NCBI GenBank assembly: GCA_965261395.1
Contig: OZ253462.1
Span: forward strand, 1,216,001 to 1,280,000
Length of the DNA: 64,000 bases
DNA from: Candidatus Latescibacterota bacterium
GTDB lineage: Bacteria; Latescibacterota; UBA2968; UBA8231
Reading direction: 5' to 3'
How positions within the stretch are numbered: position 1 is the first letter of the stretch; each line of letters begins with the position of its first letter. Position numbers and translations under genes: made by a program. The notes under the pieces were generated by a model that was given only the letters and a program-made list of their open reading frames with translations, ran no database searches and was not told where the DNA came from. This document shows positions 1 through 9,836 of the stretch, one piece after another.

Positions 1-759
1 ATCACCGCCGAAGCGATAAGCGATGCCCGCGAGCAACTCATTCTGCGACGCGAGACCCACCTCGACCAACTCACCGACAAGCTGCAAGAGGAGCGCGTAC
101 GGCGCGTGGTCGAGCCGCTGCTGAGCGGGGCCGCATCCACCGAGGCCATTCCCCTAGACGACGTGGAATACGTCCGCGATTTGGGCCTGATCGCCCGACG
201 CGCTCCCATCGCCATTGCCAACCCGATCTATCAAGAGGTTATCCCCCGCGACCTGACCTACACCACGCAGGAATACCTCGCGCAAGACCCGACTTGGTAC
301 GTGGATGCGGCCGGGTGGTTGCGCCTTGACGACTTGCTGACCGCATTCCAAGCGTTCTTCCGCGAACATTCGGAACACTGGGTCGAGCGATTCCAGTACA
401 AGGAAGCCGGTCCCCAATTGCTATTGCAGGCGTTCCTCCAGCGCATCGTCAACAGCGGCGGGCGGATTGAGCGCGAGTATGGCTTGGGTCGGATGCGCAC
501 GGATCTGCTGATCGTGTGGCCGGTGCCCGGCGACGCTCCGGTGCAGCGAGTGGTGATCGAGTGCAAACTGCTGTACAAGGGCTTAGAGCAGACCATCATT
601 GCAGGTCTCGACCAGACCCGTGCCTATATGGATCGCTGCGATGCGGTCGAAGGCCACCTCGTGATCTTTGACCGCACCGTCGGGGTGTCGTGGGACGATA
701 AGATATTCCGCCGCGAGGAGGGCATGGGCGCGGCGAAAGTCACCGTGTGGGGAATGTGA
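1..759 (+). CDS. ATP-binding (AAA-like family) protein, C-terminal part with PD-(D/E)XK-like tail; 5'-truncated by window edge
   Basis: Frame is open from base 1 (ITAEAISDAREQLILRRETHLDQL...) to TGA 759. The segments PQLLLQAFLQRIVNSGGRIEREYGLGRMRTDL and VVIECK are typical of this family. Confidence 0.7.
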   Translation: MTAEAISDAREQLILRRETHLDQLTDKLQEERVRRVVEPLLSGAASTEAIPLDDVEYVRDLGLIARRAPIAIANPIYQEVIPRDLTYTTQEYLAQDPTWYVDAAGWLRLDDLLTAFQAFFREHSEHWVERFQYKEAGPQLLLQAFLQRIVNSGGRIEREYGLGRMRTDLLIVWPVPGDAPVQRVVIECKLLYKGLEQTIIAGLDQTRAYMDRCDAVEGHLVIFDRTVGVSWDDKIFRREEGMGAAKVTVWGM

Positions 760-827
760 AGGTTCGGCGGATAGGTCTAAAAAAGCCCAAAATAGACGTG
801 CTTGATAAACTCTAGGAGACATAACGT

Positions 828-1613
828 ATGAACGGTAGTACGGGGTTTGAGCAGTACGTAACCATAGAAGAATACCTCAAGGGTCGGCGTTGCATTATCA
901 CCGGCTCTAGTGGGACGATTGGCAAAATCTTTGCGACCTTTATCGCCTCGCGCGGCGGAATCCCCATTCTGGTAGATGTTGTCCCGCAGGACGACACCGT
1001 GGAGGCGGTTGCGTCCTACGGTGGCGAGTACAGCGCCCATCGCGTGGATCTCAGCGATGTTGCCCAGATCAAATCCTTCTACGCTGAAATAGCCGAACGG
1101 TACGACGGCGTCGATCTGCTCATCAATAACGCCGGGCTCCTCAGCGAGGTAACGTTGCTCGACATGACCGAGGACAACTGGGACCGCGTCCTCAATGTAA
1201 ATGCAAAAGGCGCGGCCTTTATGAGCCAGGGCGCGGTCGGCCTGATGCAGCATGGCAGCGACGACCGGCAAATTATCAATATCGTGTCGCTGGCCGCACT
1301 GGTGGGCGGGCTATACGTGGGGGCGCCCTATGTTTGCAGCAAGGCGGCCCTGCTCGGTCTCAGCCGCAACTATGCGGTGCAAGCAGGTAAGGAATTCGGG
1401 ATCCGCGTCAATTCCATCAGCCCGGTCATTGTCAGTGGCCAGATGATTTCCAACACGCCGCGCGAAGCCATTGACGGGGTCAAAAACCTAATGAAGGTGT
1501 GGAAGCAGGAAGTCCCTCCTATGCATCTGCTCTACGTTTTTGAAATGCTGTGTAGAACCCCGTCGATGACGGGTAAAAACATCGTCCTCGATGGCGGCAT
1601 TCTGCTGGAGTAG
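828..1613 (+). CDS. SDR family NAD(P)-dependent oxidoreductase
   Basis: TGSSGTIG Rossmann motif, NNAG, YVCSK (YxxxK); AGGAG RBS upstream. Confidence 0.9.
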   Translation: MNGSTGFEQYVTIEEYLKGRRCIITGSSGTIGKIFATFIASRGGIPILVDVVPQDDTVEAVASYGGEYSAHRVDLSDVAQIKSFYAEIAERYDGVDLLINNAGLLSEVTLLDMTEDNWDRVLNVNAKGAAFMSQGAVGLMQHGSDDRQIINIVSLAALVGGLYVGAPYVCSKAALLGLSRNYAVQAGKEFGIRVNSISPVIVSGQMISNTPREAIDGVKNLMKVWKQEVPPMHLLYVFEMLCRTPSMTGKNIVLDGGILLE

Positions 1614-1722
1614 GCATCTTCCAACCGCGCGCCGACCCCGTCGCCGCGCCAATTTCGCGGCGGCCTAACTGCTTGTGGCGGCGCGGCAAATGGCGTTACA
1701 TTGGGATTAGGCGGAGTTACCC

Positions 1723-2370
1723 ATGCACAGTTCAAAACTCGGCGACAGCGACTTTGAGATGATTGCCCGCGGCCACCCGGTCGCGCTGGCGGAGTACTTT
1801 CGCGGCTTTACCAATACCAAAAGGCTGGGGCTGCTAGCGCCCAATGGCCTTGAGGGCGTCGGGGCCGTCAGTTTGGTCATGGCCCACGTAACCGCCTTTT
1901 ACAATACCTACCGCGCCACGGGCGAGGATTTCTTCGCGTATCCCGATTACTTCACCTTCCAATCGCGCACACCCAAAGCGGCCTACGGGATGTTCGACAT
2001 CTGGCCGGAGCACAAAGACGTGTTGGTCGGCACTGATGCCGCCGAGCGGCTCAACGCGATCACCGACCGCGGCGTCAACATCCTGCTCGTGCCCGACGGC
2101 CCTCCAGCCCCGCGCGAGTACCAGCGGCAGCAGCTAGCCTCAGCCGAGCGGCTCATTGAAACCTGCTATGCGTATTCGGCCACCGGTGCGGTCGTTGACC
2201 CCGACTTGGTCATCCGCGGTCCGGTAGATCCGCTCGCCGCTTGGTGCCAAAGCGTCTGCGACTCCGTGCCCGACAGCGAGCGCGGGGAGGGCTGGCATGG
2301 CCAGGGGCCCGTCCTCGAACAATCCTTCCGCCGCATCAGCCGGCAAGACGCGCTCGCTCGCCTCGCTTAA
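1723..2370 (+). CDS. Hypothetical protein
   Basis: 215-aa ORF with GGAG RBS and host-like codon usage, 17 bp upstream of the PhyH gene; no motif recognised. Confidence 0.75.
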   Translation: MHSSKLGDSDFEMIARGHPVALAEYFRGFTNTKRLGLLAPNGLEGVGAVSLVMAHVTAFYNTYRATGEDFFAYPDYFTFQSRTPKAAYGMFDIWPEHKDVLVGTDAAERLNAITDRGVNILLVPDGPPAPREYQRQQLASAERLIETCYAYSATGAVVDPDLVIRGPVDPLAAWCQSVCDSVPDSERGEGWHGQGPVLEQSFRRISRQDALARLA

Positions 2371-2387
2371 GACCAAAGGAACTTGCC

Positions 2388-3176
2388 ATGACCGTTCTCC
2401 ACGCCCCCGAGCTAAGTGCCGCTGAACTAGACCAGTTTCGCCAGCAGGGCTACGTGCGCTTCGGCCACGTGGCTCCCCGCGCGGAAATCGACGCCCTCTG
2501 CGACCGCATCGACCAGATCATGCTCGGTGAAGTGCGCTACGACGACATGCTCATGCAGCTATGCCCTTCGGCCGGCAATCTCGATCTTTCGCGGCAGACC
2601 AAGGAATTTAAGGGCTCCACGCTCAAGTACCGCAAAATTCAGGATCTGGAGCAGGATCCGCTGTTCTTGGGTTATTTGCAAAAGCCGCTCTTCCGCGACC
2701 TAACCGCCAAGATCGTCGGCGCGGAAATCTCGATCTTTCGCGCGATGTTTTTCAACAAGCCGGCCGAGCAGGGCGTTATGATCAACTGGCACCAAGACGG
2801 CGCTGGCGGCTGGCAACTGAGCATTCCCCCCCAAGTCACGGTGTGGACCGCGCTCGACGACACGTGCGTTGCCAACGGCTGCCTGCAAATTATCCCCAGC
2901 TCGCACCACACCATGATCCCCGAAACGGGCGACCAGCTTTCGGCGGACGAGCGCGCGCTGCACGCACCGGATGAGAAGCGGCTCTATTTGGAAATGGAAA
3001 GAGGCGAGGTGGTGCTTTTGCACAACTGGACCTTGCACCGCTCGGAGACGAATAGTACCAACCGCCCGCGCCGTGCGTTCAGCGTCTGCTACATCGACGC
3101 GGCTACCCGCCAAAAGACCACGGGCCACGCCTTTCCTCGCGTCTTCCCGACCTACCAGCCTATCAGTGGTAATTGA
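2388..3176 (+). CDS. Phytanoyl-CoA dioxygenase (PhyH) family Fe(II)/2OG oxygenase
   Basis: WHQD, NGCLQIIPSSH, LHRS..N...RR motifs. Start moved to ATG 2388, which follows an AAGGA RBS. Confidence 0.9.
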   Translation: MTVLHAPELSAAELDQFRQQGYVRFGHVAPRAEIDALCDRIDQIMLGEVRYDDMLMQLCPSAGNLDLSRQTKEFKGSTLKYRKIQDLEQDPLFLGYLQKPLFRDLTAKIVGAEISIFRAMFFNKPAEQGVMINWHQDGAGGWQLSIPPQVTVWTALDDTCVANGCLQIIPSSHHTMIPETGDQLSADERALHAPDEKRLYLEMERGEVVLLHNWTLHRSETNSTNRPRRAFSVCYIDAATRQKTTGHAFPRVFPTYQPISGN

Positions 3177-4611
3177 TAAAGGCGACCTTGTGCTCGGTGA
3201 AAAACTCGATCCCGGTGTTGCCCGATTCCGGGATCCCGTGCCCGGAAGCCTTGACCCCGCCGAATGAGAGCTGGGGTTCGCGGTAGGCCGTCATCATGTT
3301 CACGTGCGTCAGCCCCACGTCGGTCTTTTCCAAGAACTGGAAAGCTTGCCCAATGTCGCGCGTGAAAATGGACGACGCCAGCCCAAACTCCACGCCATTG
3401 GCGATCGCTAGAGCCTCGGAGAAATCCTCTGCAACTATTAGGCACAAAACCGGACCGAAGATCTCCTCCTGCGCGATGCGCATCTGCGGCTGGACATTGG
3501 TGAAAACCGTCGGCGCAATAAAACACCCTTTGTCTAGTCCGTTGGCGGTCAGGCGCTCGCCCCCATGCGCGATGCGGCCCCCTTCTGCTTTACCGATTTC
3601 GATGTAACCCTCGATCGTTGCGAGTTGGTCCGTGCCGCACACCGGCCCCATATCCACCCCGGCCTCCGTCCCATTGCCCACGCGGATTTGCTTGACGCGC
3701 TCTAGTACCTTGTCGGTGAAGGCTGCGGCGGCCTCGCGCACGACGATTGCCCGGCTCGTCGAAGTACACCACTGCCCGGCGCAGGCGTAGGCCGCCTTGA
3801 CGACCGCATCCGCCGCCATGTCGAGGTCGGCGTCTGCCAAGATAACCGCGGGATTTTTGCCGCCCATTTCCAGTTGCGTGCGGATTAGTCCTTGGGCGGC
3901 GCGCTGCTGAATGCCCCTGCCTACTTGGGTCGAGCCGGTGAAGGAAATCGACTGTACCAACGGATGCGTGATCATGGTTTCCCCGACCGTCCTGCCCCCG
4001 CCGCAGACAAAGTTCAGCACGCCTGCGGGCAGCCCCGCCTCGGCAAAAATATCGACGAAAGCCCGCCCGGCTCCAGGCGTCAGGCTCGCCGGCTTGAAGA
4101 CGATGGTATTGCCGCTGATCAGCGCCGGCGTACACTTGCGCCCCGGCACGTTGAACGGAAAGTTCCACGGGCTGATGATCGACGCCACTCCGAGGGGCCG
4201 CCGCACGCTGTAGGCAAACACCCCAGCTTGCGCCGAGGGCGCGGTCTGGCCGCACATGGAGATCCCTTGGGCGATCTGGAACTCCATCTCGCGCACCGCC
4301 GACCCCACCTCGGTGCGCGCTTCGTCGAGCGTCTTGCCGTTTTCTGCGGTAAGGACTGCGGCGATTTCTTCGCTCCGTCCCTTTAGCACCGCGACTGCCC
4401 GTGACAAGTACTCTGCCCGCTGGTACACTCCCATCTCGGCCCACGCCGGAAACGCCGCGTGCGCCGCTTCAATGGCCTGCTCGGCGTCGGCGCAGGTGCC
4501 TTGGGGCCACTCCCCGGTTACGCATTCTAGGTCGGCTGGATTGCGCTGGGCAAAGGTCTGCCCGTCCGAGGCCCCAACCCACTGGCCGTCGATGTAGTTT
4601 TGAGATTTCAT
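3163..4611 (-). CDS. Aldehyde dehydrogenase (2,5-dioxovalerate/alpha-KG semialdehyde DH-like)
   Basis: PWNFP, FTGS, LEMGGKNP, catalytic AGQWCT, EEIFGP. Confidence 0.92.
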   Translation of the reverse strand: MKSQNYIDGQWVGASDGQTFAQRNPADLECVTGEWPQGTCADAEQAIEAAHAAFPAWAEMGVYQRAEYLSRAVAVLKGRSEEIAAVLTAENGKTLDEARTEVGSAVREMEFQIAQGISMCGQTAPSAQAGVFAYSVRRPLGVASIISPWNFPFNVPGRKCTPALISGNTIVFKPASLTPGAGRAFVDIFAEAGLPAGVLNFVCGGGRTVGETMITHPLVQSISFTGSTQVGRGIQQRAAQGLIRTQLEMGGKNPAVILADADLDMAADAVVKAAYACAGQWCTSTSRAIVVREAAAAFTDKVLERVKQIRVGNGTEAGVDMGPVCGTDQLATIEGYIEIGKAEGGRIAHGGERLTANGLDKGCFIAPTVFTNVQPQMRIAQEEIFGPVLCLIVAEDFSEALAIANGVEFGLASSIFTRDIGQAFQFLEKTDVGLTHVNMMTAYREPQLSFGGVKASGHGIPESGNTGIEFFTEHKVAFINYH

Positions 4612-4651
4612 AATAGCTCCAGTTAAAAGTGATTCATGGATGCGCTGCGGC

Positions 4652-5812
4652 TCAGGACCACAGCGGCACTCCGGCAGGTAGCGCGGCGGCGATGGCTTCT
4701 TCGTCTAGATCGATGCCCAAGCCAGGGCCGTCGGGCACGGCGATATAACCCTGCTGAATGGGGTTCTTGATGTCGAGCATGGTGCTCCACAGCGGGATGT
4801 TGCGCGAGTGATGCTCTAGGGCGAGGAAATTGGGCAGGGTGGCGCAGATATGCACCGCGGCTATGCCCGTAATTGCGCTCCGCATGTAGTGGGGGGCTAC
4901 CGACATGTGGTACATCTCGGCTAGTTCGGCGATGCGGCGGATTTCAATGGCCCCGCCGCTGTGGGGGATGTCCGGCTCTAGCAGGTCACAGGCCTGTTGT
5001 TCCATCAGCTCGCGGAACATCTTGGCTCCGTAAAAAATCTCGCCGGTGCAGATCGGCGTCTCGGTCTGCTGGCAGATCTTGGCCAAGGCGGCGACATTGC
5101 CCCACTCCCAGCGGATGGGATCCTCCAACCACAGCAGGTCGAGGTGCTCCACGTCTTTGCAGATGCGCAGGGCGTCGGCCAGGTTGAAGGAACCGTGCAA
5201 GTCGATGGATAAGTCGATGTAAGGGCCTATCGCTTGGCGCAGGTTTTCGATGGTGGTGACGATGTGATGGTGCTGCCGGCGGCTGATGGAGCGGTCGTAG
5301 GTGTCGAGCTTATAGGGGTTGGGTACGTCGAGATCGAACTTGATCGCGGTGTACCCTTCGGCCACCACCTCTTTGGCCATGGACACATAGGCGCTGGTTT
5401 CGTACACCGGGTCCAATTGCCCGCTGGCCCGCGTCTCGCGCCAGCGCCGCTCGTAGTCTTCCCGCGTCCAGTGCGCGCCCGAGTGGCAGTCGCAGTACAC
5501 GCGGATGCGGTCGCGCAGTTTGCCGCCTAGCAGCTCGTGCATGGGTGCGTTTAGCTGCTTGCCCCGAATGTCCCACAGGGCGATTTCCACGCCAGCACCG
5601 CGACCCTGCATCTGCCACAGGTGGTCGTAGTGCAGCCGATTGATGTTGGTCGGGTCGCGGCCGATGAGCATTTGTTTGAGCTGCTCGATGGGGCCCCCAG
5701 CGGTCCACTCGCCGAGGCCGACAATGCCTTCGTCGGTAAAGATTTTCAGCAAGGACCAGTGGCGATGTTCCGCGCCGAGGGAGGGCGTAACCTTAATGTC
5801 GGTGATCTTCAT
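4652..5812 (-). CDS. Mandelate racemase/muconate lactonizing enzyme family (acid-sugar dehydratase-like)
   Basis: MKITDIK start, GEW, ALWDIRGK, DLHG, WLEDP, TGE and GPGLGIDLD motifs. Confidence 0.9.
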   Translation of the reverse strand: MKITDIKVTPSLGAEHRHWSLLKIFTDEGIVGLGEWTAGGPIEQLKQMLIGRDPTNINRLHYDHLWQMQGRGAGVEIALWDIRGKQLNAPMHELLGGKLRDRIRVYCDCHSGAHWTREDYERRWRETRASGQLDPVYETSAYVSMAKEVVAEGYTAIKFDLDVPNPYKLDTYDRSISRRQHHHIVTTIENLRQAIGPYIDLSIDLHGSFNLADALRICKDVEHLDLLWLEDPIRWEWGNVAALAKICQQTETPICTGEIFYGAKMFRELMEQQACDLLEPDIPHSGGAIEIRRIAELAEMYHMSVAPHYMRSAITGIAAVHICATLPNFLALEHHSRNIPLWSTMLDIKNPIQQGYIAVPDGPGLGIDLDEEAIAAALPAGVPLWS

Positions 5813-5886
5813 GGTCTCTCTTTCGCAGGCAAACATAGAAAGCGCGACTTCGGATGTGCAGAAGTCGCGCTTAAAGATGGTGGAGG
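5755..5886. repeat. Direct repeat copy A (attR-like): last 9 nt of tmRNA, terminator and first 19 codons of the MR/MLE gene
   Basis: Aligns by eye to 15928-16058 with about 10 substitutions and 1 indel. Confidence 0.9.
5839..5872 (-). terminator. Rho-independent terminator (displaced copy of the ssrA terminator)
   Basis: Stem AAGCGCGACTTC/GAAGTCGCGCTT followed by a T-rich tail on the minus strand. Confidence 0.7.
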
Positions 5887-6216
5887 ACTTGCAGTCTTTC
5901 CAAAATCCGCGCTCTCCTTATTCGGACGAGCGTAATTCGTTGATTTACGGATCGTTACAAACATCAGTGTATGACTCTTCGAGGTACCGATCACGGAAGT
6001 CTTTCTGACCTCGATTTCCACACTGATCGAGATATCGTAGTTGTTGGCATTTGACGCCGATTTCTGCCTTCTAGGGTCAAAATAGGCTCCGTTGAGGCAT
6101 GGAGTCAAGGATGTCCAGAGCGTGTTCCGGACGCTGTTCACTTTGGTACTGACAGCCTGCCTCTCGTGCGGGCCAGCATTGGGTTCATGCACGGACCGCG
6201 CCCCAAGATTGCGCGA

Positions 6217-6912
6217 TTACGACCTTTTCGAGCCACGGCCTAGGGTCAGGTCGTCTAGTTCATCTTCCTCGAAGGTGGCTGGGGTCCATCCACGCAAATG
6301 TGGAGTATATAGTTCGTCTAGCTGGAGTGCGTCACGGTACTCCTTGGGCATACCCGCTGTTGGTGATTTGTCAGGATCGTAAATGGGTTGGCCCCATTTG
6401 GGCATACCCACTGTTGGCCAATAGTCGCCGTCGCGCTTCATGAGGTATACCCACCAAAGATCGATGCCGGTTTCCACCAAGTAAATCTCATCCGGCGCAT
6501 CCGTGCACTCCGCCAACAACTTGGGAAGCAGATTGCCAATGAGGTCAAATCTCGTGAGAGCGATGTCGCCGCTTTCCAGCACCAGGACGGTTCGCCCCCC
6601 CTCTTTCTTGCACTTCTGCAGCTTGGGAGACTTTTTGGAAAATGCCCGCCTCAGCCTGTCAATACGACGATCTTCCAAATCGCTGAAATCGTTGGGACAA
6701 TAAAGCCTCATTCCAAGAGAACCCGGTTTTCGCCTTATGGGAGCCGCATCCGGCCAGCGCAGTAATTCGATTGCGCAATTGAAACCCGTTGGTGTGTCCT
6801 GCATGCAATCCTTTTCGGGATGACGAATGCCCACGCGTGTCTCGCCTGTCCATTTTTCAAGGAGCCTCACAATGGCATCGCAGGCCTTGCCCTCATTGTC
6901 TGGGATGTGCAT
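6217..6912 (-). CDS. Hypothetical protein (island cargo)
   Basis: Long ORF, with a likely start at MHIPDNEG after a GAGGGG RBS; lower GC than the flanks. Confidence 0.6.
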   Translation of the reverse strand: MHIPDNEGKACDAIVRLLEKWTGETRVGIRHPEKDCMQDTPTGFNCAIELLRWPDAAPIRRKPGSLGMRLYCPNDFSDLEDRRIDRLRRAFSKKSPKLQKCKKEGGRTVLVLESGDIALTRFDLIGNLLPKLLAECTDAPDEIYLVETGIDLWWVYLMKRDGDYWPTVGMPKWGQPIYDPDKSPTAGMPKEYRDALQLDELYTPHLRGWTPATFEEDELDDLTLGRGSKRS

Positions 6913-7149
6913 AGGCGATGCTCCCCTCAGCCCTTTCTTTTGCTCACGTCGACGCGATCTATGAGTTCCCAAAGGTCCTCCACTCGGACCGAGAACGATC
7001 GGCGGGGTCCATATTGAAAAGCGTGCGTCTCTGGAATCAGGGGGAAACGGTGTCAGTGAATTCTCGTTCCAGTAGTACCTTCGTCGGGTTGTATACTCTC
7101 ATGCACGACGTACGCCAATAGACTCGACGCTATATCGCGCACGCTCACC

Positions 7150-8250
7150 TCATTCGCCAAAGATTGCACCCACCTCCAGGGTCAGGTCCCTTTCGGCATT
7201 GCCACCGCGCTCGCGCAGCACCAGCCGACTGTCGGCATAAGTGATGTTAGCTACGCCCTTGTAATCTGCGGGGATTTTCAATAGAAAATTGGTAAAGGAT
7301 CGGCTCGCACTTTGACCGGCGTCTAGATACGCAAAGAGCGGGCGACCGAAAATCTGCCCCTTTTCGACTAGAAACGAAACGGGCTGATGCAAGCCGGTTG
7401 TGCCAAATTCCAGACCGCGGGCGACGGGCTTGCCGTCCGTGACGTGGCGCCAGGCATCGAACCAGGGATAGTCCTCGCTCTTCCAGATATAGCCGATGAG
7501 CAGCCCCTTGGCGGCATTGCTCGCCGTAGTCCAACCATACTCCTGGTCGATCGTGTAGGAGACTACGTTGGGAAACATATCATCGGAGAGATGGCGCATA
7601 TTCACCGGCTGCCCCGTGTCTTTGAGAGCCTGGGGCCAAACGACGCTCGGCACTTCGGGATTGGGCAGAGGGCTGCTCTGCATAAAGCCCCTGCGCGCAT
7701 TGGCGTCCACTACCGTAGTCTCGTCGAGGAAGGGCGGACCGATACTGGGGTGTTGCACCATATTGTAGATACGGCCCAGCTTGTTGGTGTTGGTGACCTC
7801 TTCGGTGACAGTAAGTACAGCCTCCCCGGCAGCAAACTCGAGCCAACGCTTTACCGACAAGCCGGCCATGGGCAAAACAGCACTCATCTCGGCGAAGATC
7901 GCCTCGCCTTTCTTCTTGGGTTGGCGATCGATTTGCCACTCGACGCGTGCAGCTTCGCCGTGGAAGGGCATGCCATTGGCTGCCTCGGCTTCAGAGGGTG
8001 CACCCCAGCGGTCCAGGCAGAGAAAATGGCCCATGGGACGAGGTGCAGTCAGCGGGCCTTCTTCTTCCCAGGCCAGGGGATTGAGATCTTGGTCTTTGAA
8101 ATGGAAGTCGACGATGGATCCGCCGGAGATATCGATTACCACCTGGGCCATCTTGCCGTCGAGCACGATGGAGCGGCGACCATTGACGTTGGTTTCGGGC
8201 CAGGCCGTAGTCGTGGCGAAGACAAGTATGACCATCAGTATCTCTCGCAT
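7150..8250 (-). CDS. Secreted hypothetical protein, probable galactose-mutarotase/aldose epimerase-like fold
   Basis: Signal-peptide-like MREILMVILVFATTTAW, FHGEA motif and QHPSIG; GAGG RBS. Confidence 0.65.
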   Translation of the reverse strand: MREILMVILVFATTTAWPETNVNGRRSIVLDGKMAQVVIDISGGSIVDFHFKDQDLNPLAWEEEGPLTAPRPMGHFLCLDRWGAPSEAEAANGMPFHGEAARVEWQIDRQPKKKGEAIFAEMSAVLPMAGLSVKRWLEFAAGEAVLTVTEEVTNTNKLGRIYNMVQHPSIGPPFLDETTVVDANARRGFMQSSPLPNPEVPSVVWPQALKDTGQPVNMRHLSDDMFPNVVSYTIDQEYGWTTASNAAKGLLIGYIWKSEDYPWFDAWRHVTDGKPVARGLEFGTTGLHQPVSFLVEKGQIFGRPLFAYLDAGQSASRSFTNFLLKIPADYKGVANITYADSRLVLRERGGNAERDLTLEVGAIFGE

Positions 8251-8310
8251 GGAAGAGCCTCCTCTACCTAAGAATGATTGGATCACGGTCTCACATACTC
8301 TCCGGCCGAG

Positions 8311-9474
8311 TTAATCCGCAACGCGGTAACGTTCAATCGCATCTTCATCCAGGTCCAGACCCAGCCCCGGGCCTTGTGGAATGTGAATGTATCCATCCTC
8401 AAACTTGTACACATAGGGCTGATTCAAGATCTTCAGGGCAGGCGACCATTGCTCATCCACCAGCAATGGAGGCGCCATGACGCACATTTCCATCCAGTCT
8501 GAGTTCGGGAGCGCTCCGCATGCATGGAGAAAACCGGCAAGACCCAGGCTGCTGGTTCCATGCAGGATACACCTCTTCCCGAAGCCCTGCGCTAGTGTAC
8601 CTACCTTGCGGCTGTTGAGAATCCCGCCGCCGATGACGCCGTCCGGCTGGACGATGTCAAAGACATCATTGGCCAGATAGCCGGCGAAACGTTCGATGCC
8701 CTGGTCCGCTTCCCCACCGGTGATGGGAATATCCACCGAGGCGGCGAGCCGGGCGTGCTTGATGTCATCGGCGTGGGTATGACCGAATGGTTCTTCGAGC
8801 CAGTAAACGCCCGCTTCCTGCATCCCTCTCGCCACCTTCAGTCCAATGTCGTAGTCCCAGACCCACCTGTCGCGATCCGCCGTCCGGTCCACCATCAACT
8901 CGAAATCATCCCCGACCGCTTCCTTAATTACTCTGGCAGCCACCACGTCCTCCAGTGGATCAGGATTCCAGATACGAATCTTCATGGCGAGGTAGCCGTT
9001 CTCCTTCAGTTTGACGCCGTAGGCAGCTCGTTTATCGTGGGGAACATCTGATTGGTCCATCTTGTAATCCCACCAGAGGCTGGTGAAGTATGCCTTGACT
9101 TTGTCCCGGTATCCCCCCAGCAACCTGTACACCGGCGCCTTGAGGGCCTTACCGATCAGATCCCATACGGCATGTTCCGTGCCGCCATAGGATTCCAGTC
9201 CGACCTCCAGATGGCGCTCCACGGCGAAAGCGTCCTGTCCCATCAGAATCGGCTTGATTGCTGCCAGAACTTTCTCGGCGGAACGTTGTCTCGACGCAAA
9301 GGAGTATCCTCGCAGGTCGGACTCACTGGTAAGTCGCACGACCATAAAATCGTTTACGAGGCGAGCCTTCTGTTCCGCCTCCGTCACGGGAATCCTGATG
9401 CGGAAAGCCTCCACATCTTTGATAATCAGTCCTTCCGCGTTTGAAAGCGACGCGCTTTGAGTTGTCTGAGCCAT
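8311..9474 (-). CDS. Mandelate racemase/muconate lactonizing enzyme family protein
   Basis: AVWDLIGK, KIR, MVD, WLEEP, GGE, DIVQPD, GPGLGLDLD; AGGAGG RBS. Confidence 0.9.
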   Translation of the reverse strand: MAQTTQSASLSNAEGLIIKDVEAFRIRIPVTEAEQKARLVNDFMVVRLTSESDLRGYSFASRQRSAEKVLAAIKPILMGQDAFAVERHLEVGLESYGGTEHAVWDLIGKALKAPVYRLLGGYRDKVKAYFTSLWWDYKMDQSDVPHDKRAAYGVKLKENGYLAMKIRIWNPDPLEDVVAARVIKEAVGDDFELMVDRTADRDRWVWDYDIGLKVARGMQEAGVYWLEEPFGHTHADDIKHARLAASVDIPITGGEADQGIERFAGYLANDVFDIVQPDGVIGGGILNSRKVGTLAQGFGKRCILHGTSSLGLAGFLHACGALPNSDWMEMCVMAPPLLVDEQWSPALKILNQPYVYKFEDGYIHIPQGPGLGLDLDEDAIERYRVAD

Positions 9475-9545
9475 CCCTGCCCTCCTGATCTCGTCGACGA
9501 GATTATTAATTTCATAAGGATCATTTACCAGATCGTATAATTCAT

Positions 9546-9809
9546 CTATTGCTGTTTGTCGAGGATGTCCTGCCAGTTGAGCGCGTCCGCCGAGTCGCGG
9601 ATGACGCGCGTCATGTCATGCAGCGCCAGATCAGCTTCCTGTGTATCCGTGCCGTGACATCGGTAGCAGTGCTTTTTCAGAAACGGCCCGATGCTTTTCG
9701 GCGCGGCGACACCCTGGGGATCCTGCGCTTCCGCTACCCTAATGGTCAGCGTACTCAAAAGGAGAACCGCAATTAGAAAAGCGGCTCCAGATCTTTGAAT
9801 TGCAGTCAT
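9546..9809 (-). pseudogene. N-terminal fragment of a planctomycete-type cytochrome c domain protein
   Basis: Signal peptide plus FLKKHCYRCHG (CxxCH) and W..ILDK, then an abrupt stop after 87 aa. Confidence 0.65.
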
Positions 9810-9836
9810 GTTATCGCGTCTTCGTTTGAACTCTCT

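Noticed and set aside
5809-6192. Possible integrase remnant next to the att-like repeat
   Set aside because: The ORF-track translations here show no tyrosine or serine recombinase motifs.
7387-8271. 294-aa plus-strand ORF and similar long antisense ORFs (3590-4444, 41736-42719, 55639-56508)
   Set aside because: They overlap well-supported genes on the other strand or frame and show no recognisable motifs.
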